Source: Hyphomicrobiales bacterium (lineage in GTDB: Bacteria > Pseudomonadota > Alphaproteobacteria > Rhizobiales > TMED25). Taken from it: a stretch of 64,000 nucleotides of DNA. The notes beneath the pieces are model-generated. The model was not told where the DNA came from. It worked only from the letters and a program-made list of their open reading frames with translations, and searched no databases. Where the stretch lies: NCBI GenBank assembly GCA_049602435.1, contig JBMYRO010000002.1, forward strand, positions 35,370 through 99,369. The letters are read 5' to 3'. The translations under genes were made by a program, and so were the position numbers. The stretch's first letter is position 1. Each line of letters opens with the position of its first letter. This document shows, one piece after another, positions 59,876-64,000 of the stretch.

Positions 59876-60892
59876 TTAGTAACTATCTTCATATCGTTTG
59901 GCAAGATCATCTATATTCTCTGGTGGCCAATTTGGTATATTCATCCCCAGATGTAATCCCATCTGAGCTAGTACTTCTTTGATTTCATTAAGTGATTTTC
60001 TACCAAAGTTAGGTGTTCTTAACATCTCAGACTCAGATTTTAAAATTAAATCACCAATGTATACAATATTGTCATTTTTAAGACAATTTGCTGATCTAAC
60101 AGATAATTCAAGTTCATCAACTTTTTTGAGCAATGCTGGATTAAATGTTAATTCAGGAGCTGTATCTTCAACTACTGGAGCAACAGGTTCTTCGAAATTT
60201 ACGAATACATCTAATTGATCTTGCATAATTCTTGCAGCAAACGCAACGGCGTCTTCAGGCCTTACAGAACCATCTGTTTCAATAGTCATATTTAGCTTGT
60301 CATAATCTAATATCTGCCCTTCTCTTGTGTTTTCAATATCATAAGAAACACGTTTTACAGGCGAAAACAAACTATCAATTGGAATTAAACCAACTGGTTC
60401 GTCTTCTGATCTATTTTTTTCAGCTGGAACGTAACCCCTACCTGTTCTTGCGATAAACTCCATTCTGATGTTTACTTTATCGTCTAATGTACAAATAACA
60501 GTTTCTGGGTTAAGTATTTCAACATCAGATGATGATTCTATATCACCTGCCAGCACTGTACATGGCCCAGTCTTGTTGAGTATAAGCTTCACTTCTGAAT
60601 CTATATGCATTTTTAATGCTATATCTTTAATATTTAAGATAATGTCTGTAACATCTTCTCTAACACCTGATATAGCTGAGAACTCATGAAGAACTCCATC
60701 AATTTTTACAGACGTAATGGCGCTTCCTTGAAGAGATGAAAGAAGTATTCTTCTAAGCGTATTTCCAATTGTTAGTCCAAAACCTTTCTCAAGAGGTTCT
60801 ACAGTTAGAACTGATATATTCTTTTCGGAATTGTCTTCTTTTATTTCAATCTTATTTGGTTTAATTAACTCTTGCCAATTTTTTTCTATCAC
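59876..60892 (-). CDS. rpoA: DNA-directed RNA polymerase subunit alpha
   Basis: 338 aa. [11 protein letters not shown], an N-terminal dimerisation domain and a C-terminal alpha-CTD ([11 protein letters not shown]......IGDL). Confidence 0.96.
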   Translation of the reverse strand: MIEKNWQELIKPNKIEIKEDNSEKNISVLTVEPLEKGFGLTIGNTLRRILLSSLQGSAITSVKIDGVLHEFSAISGVREDVTDIILNIKDIALKMHIDSEVKLILNKTGPCTVLAGDIESSSDVEILNPETVICTLDDKVNIRMEFIARTGRGYVPAEKNRSEDEPVGLIPIDSLFSPVKRVSYDIENTREGQILDYDKLNMTIETDGSVRPEDAVAFAARIMQDQLDVFVNFEEPVAPVVEDTAPELTFNPALLKKVDELELSVRSANCLKNDNIVYIGDLILKSESEMLRTPNFGRKSLNEIKEVLAQMGLHLGMNIPNWPPENIDDLAKRYEDSY

Positions 60893-60936
60893 GGTATTAC
60901 CCCTTAATGTTTTAGATTTAACAGTCTATCTGTTGT

Positions 60937-61326
60937 TTATACTCGACGCTTTTTCGGAGGCCTACATCCATTATGAGGGATAGGAGTAACATCTTTTATT
61001 GATGTTATTGTAAATCCTGTCGATTGCAGAGCGCGAAGTGCAGACTCCCTCCCTGTTCCAGGTCCTTTTACCATTACCTCAATTGTTGCCATGCCATGCT
61101 CCATAGCCTTCTTTGCAGCATCTTCTGCAGCTACTTGAGCCGCGTAAGGTGTTGATTTTCTTGATCCCTTAAAACCCATACCACCAGCAGACGACCATGA
61201 TATTGCATTACCTTGAGCATCTGTGATTGTAATCATAGTATTGTTGTATGTTGCATTTACATATGCAATACCAGATGAGATATTCTTTTTTTCGCGTCTT
61301 TTTACTCTTGTTTTATCTTTGGCCAT
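60937..61326 (-). CDS. rpsK: 30S ribosomal protein S11
   Basis: 129 aa. GIAYV.AT.NNT.ITITD..GN and [14 protein letters not shown]. Confidence 0.96.
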   Translation of the reverse strand: MAKDKTRVKRREKKNISSGIAYVNATYNNTMITITDAQGNAISWSSAGGMGFKGSRKSTPYAAQVAAEDAAKKAMEHGMATIEVMVKGPGTGRESALRALQSTGFTITSIKDVTPIPHNGCRPPKKRRV

Positions 61327-61335
61327 GGATCCTCA

Positions 61336-61704
61336 CTACTTCTTCTTACCAGCTATTGGTTTGGCAGGACCTTTTCTTGTCCTTGCATTTGTATGTGTTC
61401 GTTGCCCTCTTACTGGAAGCCCTCTTCTATGTCTTAGCCCCCTGTAGCAGCCAAGATCCATCATTCCTTTTATATTCATTGCAACTTCACGACGTAAATC
61501 ACCTTCAACAACATAATCAGCATCAATTGCTTCCCTGATTGCGATAACTTCAGCATCAGTTAATTCATTTACTCTTTTTGTTCTTTCAATATTTACCTTG
61601 GTACATATTTCCTTTGCCTTGATTGGACCAATACCATGTATTGATCTCAAAGCAATTTCAACTCGTTTATTTGTCGGAATATTTACTCCTGCTATCCTAG
61701 CCAA
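61336..61704 (-). CDS. rpsM: 30S ribosomal protein S13
   Basis: 122 aa starting [20 protein letters not shown] and containing [22 protein letters not shown]. Confidence 0.96.
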   Translation of the reverse strand: MARIAGVNIPTNKRVEIALRSIHGIGPIKAKEICTKVNIERTKRVNELTDAEVIAIREAIDADYVVEGDLRREVAMNIKGMMDLGCYRGLRHRRGLPVRGQRTHTNARTRKGPAKPIAGKKK

Positions 61705-61817
61705 TTTATATCTCCTTTTTTTAAGATAAATACGTGATTAAAAACATTTTGCCGTGATTATGATGCTTTTATATCAATATTTAATATCATTATCAATTAT
61801 AATCGGTCCAAAAAATT

Positions 61818-62399
61818 CTAATGTTTCGTGCCACTTGCTATCAATTTATCAATAAGCATATTCACTGTTTTTATATCTTGCATTCCATCTATTTTATTTA
61901 CGAAATAATCTCTCTCATAATATGAGATTATTGGTTTTGTTTCTTGGTTGTATACATCTAGTCTTTTGCTCAGTATATCTGCATTATCATCATCACGAAC
62001 TGAAGCACTTTCAGATGCTCTTTTTTGAATACGCTCAAATAGTTCCTCTTGATCAACAACTAATTCAATTAATAAATCGATGCTCAAATGATTTTGAGAA
62101 AATAGTGCATTTAAACCCTCTGCTTGAGCAAGTGTTCTTGGAAACCCATCAAATATACGCCCAGGAGAAGTTGTTGTTTCTTCAATCTTATCTTTCATTA
62201 TCTGTAAAATTAATTCATTATCTACAAGTTTACCGCTTGCTAGCACGTCTTTTACAATCTTTCCGGTTGGAGTATTGTTCTTTATTGCTTCTCTTAGCAT
62301 ATCTCCGGTTGATAGTTGAACGTAGCCATATTTTTCAACTAAATAAGTTGCTTGCGTTCCCTTACCGCATCCTGGTGGACCTAACAAAATTAAATTCAT
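61818..62399 (-). CDS. adk: adenylate kinase (short-lid form)
   Basis: 193 aa. P-loop GPPGCGKGTQ, LSTGDMLR and DGFPRT. There is no zinc-lid cysteine cluster. It has a 4-nt overlap with secY. Confidence 0.93.
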   Translation of the reverse strand: MNLILLGPPGCGKGTQATYLVEKYGYVQLSTGDMLREAIKNNTPTGKIVKDVLASGKLVDNELILQIMKDKIEETTTSPGRIFDGFPRTLAQAEGLNALFSQNHLSIDLLIELVVDQEELFERIQKRASESASVRDDDNADILSKRLDVYNQETKPIISYYERDYFVNKIDGMQDIKTVNMLIDKLIASGTKH

Positions 62400-63727
62400 C
62401 TTTTTTTGCCTCGAAGATTGGCCTTCTTGATTAAACCTTCGTATTGATGCGCTAATAAGTGACTTTGTACTTGAGAGACTGTATCCATTGTAACGTTAAC
62501 TACAATCAATAGAGATGTTCCACCAAAATAAAAAGGAATTGCTGCGTAAGACATTAGTATTTCTGGTAGAATACAGATTGCAGCTAAGTATGCTGCGCCA
62601 ACACATGTTATCCTTGTTAAAACGTAATCTATATATTCTGCTGTTTTTTCACCAGGCCTGATACCTGGAATAAAGCCACCTTGTCTTTTTAGATTATCTG
62701 CAGTATCTGATGGATTGAATACGATTGCTGTATAAAAGAAAGCAAAGAATACAATTAGAGATATATAGAAAGTTATGTATAAAGGCGCTCCCCTTCCCAA
62801 ATAGGAACTTATTATATTTAACCATTCCGGACCTTGTCCAGTTGAGAAGTTTGCAACTGTCATTGGAAGCAATAATAAGGATGATGCAAAAATTGGTGGT
62901 ATAACTCCGGCAGTATTTATTTTCAGTGGTAAGTGAGAACTATCGCCCTCAAAAATTTTATTGCCTTGTTGTCGACGTGGATATTGTACAATTAACCTGC
63001 GTTGTGCTCTTTCTACGTAAACAATAACAACAATAACTGCTATAGCTAGAATAATTACACCTAATATCAACCATGTTGATAATGCTCCCTGCCTACCCAA
63101 TTCTAGGGTATTTACTAAAGCAGAGGGTAGTTCGGCAACAATCCCAGCAAATATTATCAATGAGATTCCATTTCCGATCCCTCTGGCTGTCACTTGTTCA
63201 CCAATCCACATTAGGAAAACAACCCCACCTACTAAGGTTATGACCGCTGACATACGGAAATAAAGACCAGGATCAATTACTATATCACCAGCACCCTCTA
63301 AACCTATTGAAATACCCCAAGCCTGCAAAGCAGCAAGGAATACTGTGCCGTATCTGGTATACTGGTTTATTTGTTTTCGTCCTCTTTCTCCCTCTTTTCT
63401 CATCTGTCCAAGAGTTGGTGAGACTGCAACTAAAAGTTGCATGATAATAGCAGCAGATATGTATGGCATGATATTGAGAGCGAATATTGCCATCCTTCCG
63501 ACAGCACCACCAGCGAACATATCAAACATACCAAGTATTCCACTTTGGTTCTGTTGGAATAAATCATTTAAAGCACGTGTATTTATGCCCGGCAAAGGAA
63601 TAAAGGTACCTAATCTATATATTAGTAGTGCGCCAAGAGTGAATAAAATTCTCTGCTTGAGATCTTTTGCTTTTGCAAAAGTTGAAAAATTAATATTTGA
63701 CGCTAGTTGTTCAGCCGCAGATGCCAT
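62396..63727 (-). CDS. secY: preprotein translocase subunit SecY
   Basis: 443 aa, ten TM helices, with the ...LG.MPYISA.II.QLL and GIRPG..T..Y motifs. Confidence 0.96.
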   Translation of the reverse strand: MASAAEQLASNINFSTFAKAKDLKQRILFTLGALLIYRLGTFIPLPGINTRALNDLFQQNQSGILGMFDMFAGGAVGRMAIFALNIMPYISAAIIMQLLVAVSPTLGQMRKEGERGRKQINQYTRYGTVFLAALQAWGISIGLEGAGDIVIDPGLYFRMSAVITLVGGVVFLMWIGEQVTARGIGNGISLIIFAGIVAELPSALVNTLELGRQGALSTWLILGVIILAIAVIVVIVYVERAQRRLIVQYPRRQQGNKIFEGDSSHLPLKINTAGVIPPIFASSLLLLPMTVANFSTGQGPEWLNIISSYLGRGAPLYITFYISLIVFFAFFYTAIVFNPSDTADNLKRQGGFIPGIRPGEKTAEYIDYVLTRITCVGAAYLAAICILPEILMSYAAIPFYFGGTSLLIVVNVTMDTVSQVQSHLLAHQYEGLIKKANLRGKKR

Positions 63728-63758
63728 AAATTACCACAATGATTATTTCTATGTTGTC

Positions 63759-64000
63759 TTATTTTTCAGCAGAACCAATAATTGTAATCTTACTACCTGC
63801 TTTTTCTATTAATTTGATAGCTTTTTCTGAGGCACCAGATACTTCAAATGCCACTTTAGACTTTAGATTACCTCTGCCTAATATTTTAAGACCATTCTTT
63901 TCTTTACTAATTAATTTAGCCTTCAATAAATTTTCTGTATTAATGACCTCTTTATCATTTAGTTTACCGTTATCAATAAAATACTGAATTCTGTCTAGAT
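63759..64000 (-). CDS. rplO: 50S ribosomal protein L15, C-terminal 80 codons (gene runs off the right edge)
   Basis: Reverse-strand translation ends ...LKILGRGNLKSKVAFEVSGASEKAIKLIEKAGSKITIIGSAEK* with the stop at 63761..63759. It has the L15 C-terminal pattern and sits upstream of secY. Confidence 0.88.
   Translation of the reverse strand, partial: LDRIQYFIDNGKLNDKEVINTENLLKAKLISKEKNGLKILGRGNLKSKVAFEVSGASEKAIKLIEKAGSKITIIGSAEK

Noticed and set aside
61922-63812. 170-aa and 155-aa + strand ORFs (61922..62434 and 63345..63812)
   Set aside because: They are antisense to adk and to secY, both of which are unambiguous. The translations have no motifs and are leucine/phenylalanine-rich mirror products.
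1-64000. CRISPR arrays, IS elements, prophage remnants, rRNA genes, long direct or inverted repeats
   Set aside because: None were seen on reading the window. All long ORFs are accounted for by single-copy chromosomal genes, and intergenic DNA is too short to hold such elements.

Overview
This 64-kb window comes from an AT-rich (about 30% G+C by eye), very gene-dense alphaproteobacterial chromosome. It best fits a streamlined marine Pelagibacterales (SAR11)-like genome. That assignment is an inference from ALAS-type hemA, a DivK-like regulator, ATP12, alpha-type gene orders (glyA-nrdR-ribD-ribE-ribH-nusB-thiL; acpS-lepB-rnc-era-recO; secY-adk-rpsM-rpsK-rpoA-rplQ), spacers of 0-30 nt and many overlapping starts and stops.

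I call 68 protein-coding genes. Two are edge-truncated (thiL on the left, rplO on the right), and rpmG is absent from the ORF track. I also call tRNA-Ser(GCU), tRNA-Leu(GAG), two intrinsic terminators and one structured GC-rich intergenic element. Most of the content is housekeeping. I saw no transposase, integrase, phage gene, CRISPR array or long repeat.

No clearly novel multi-gene system is evident. The parts that stand out are:
- A self-contained cassette for an orphan periplasmic solute-binding protein (33186..34250). It has extreme codon and amino-acid bias, a strong SD, a 12-bp palindrome in its leader and a perfect terminator.
- A 249-nt GC-rich structured spacer between rpmG and divK, with a hairpin showing AGGAGG/CCUCCU in its loop.
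- A GldA/F/G-like ABC module plus a DUF4340 protein.
- An intradiol dioxygenase and a DadA-like oxidase lying between rpoZ and spoT.
- A CaiB-type CoA-transferase/crotonase pair that resembles AcuN/AcuK.
- A PyrC-like protein that has lost every metal ligand.

All family assignments rest on reading motifs in the translations. No database search was run.
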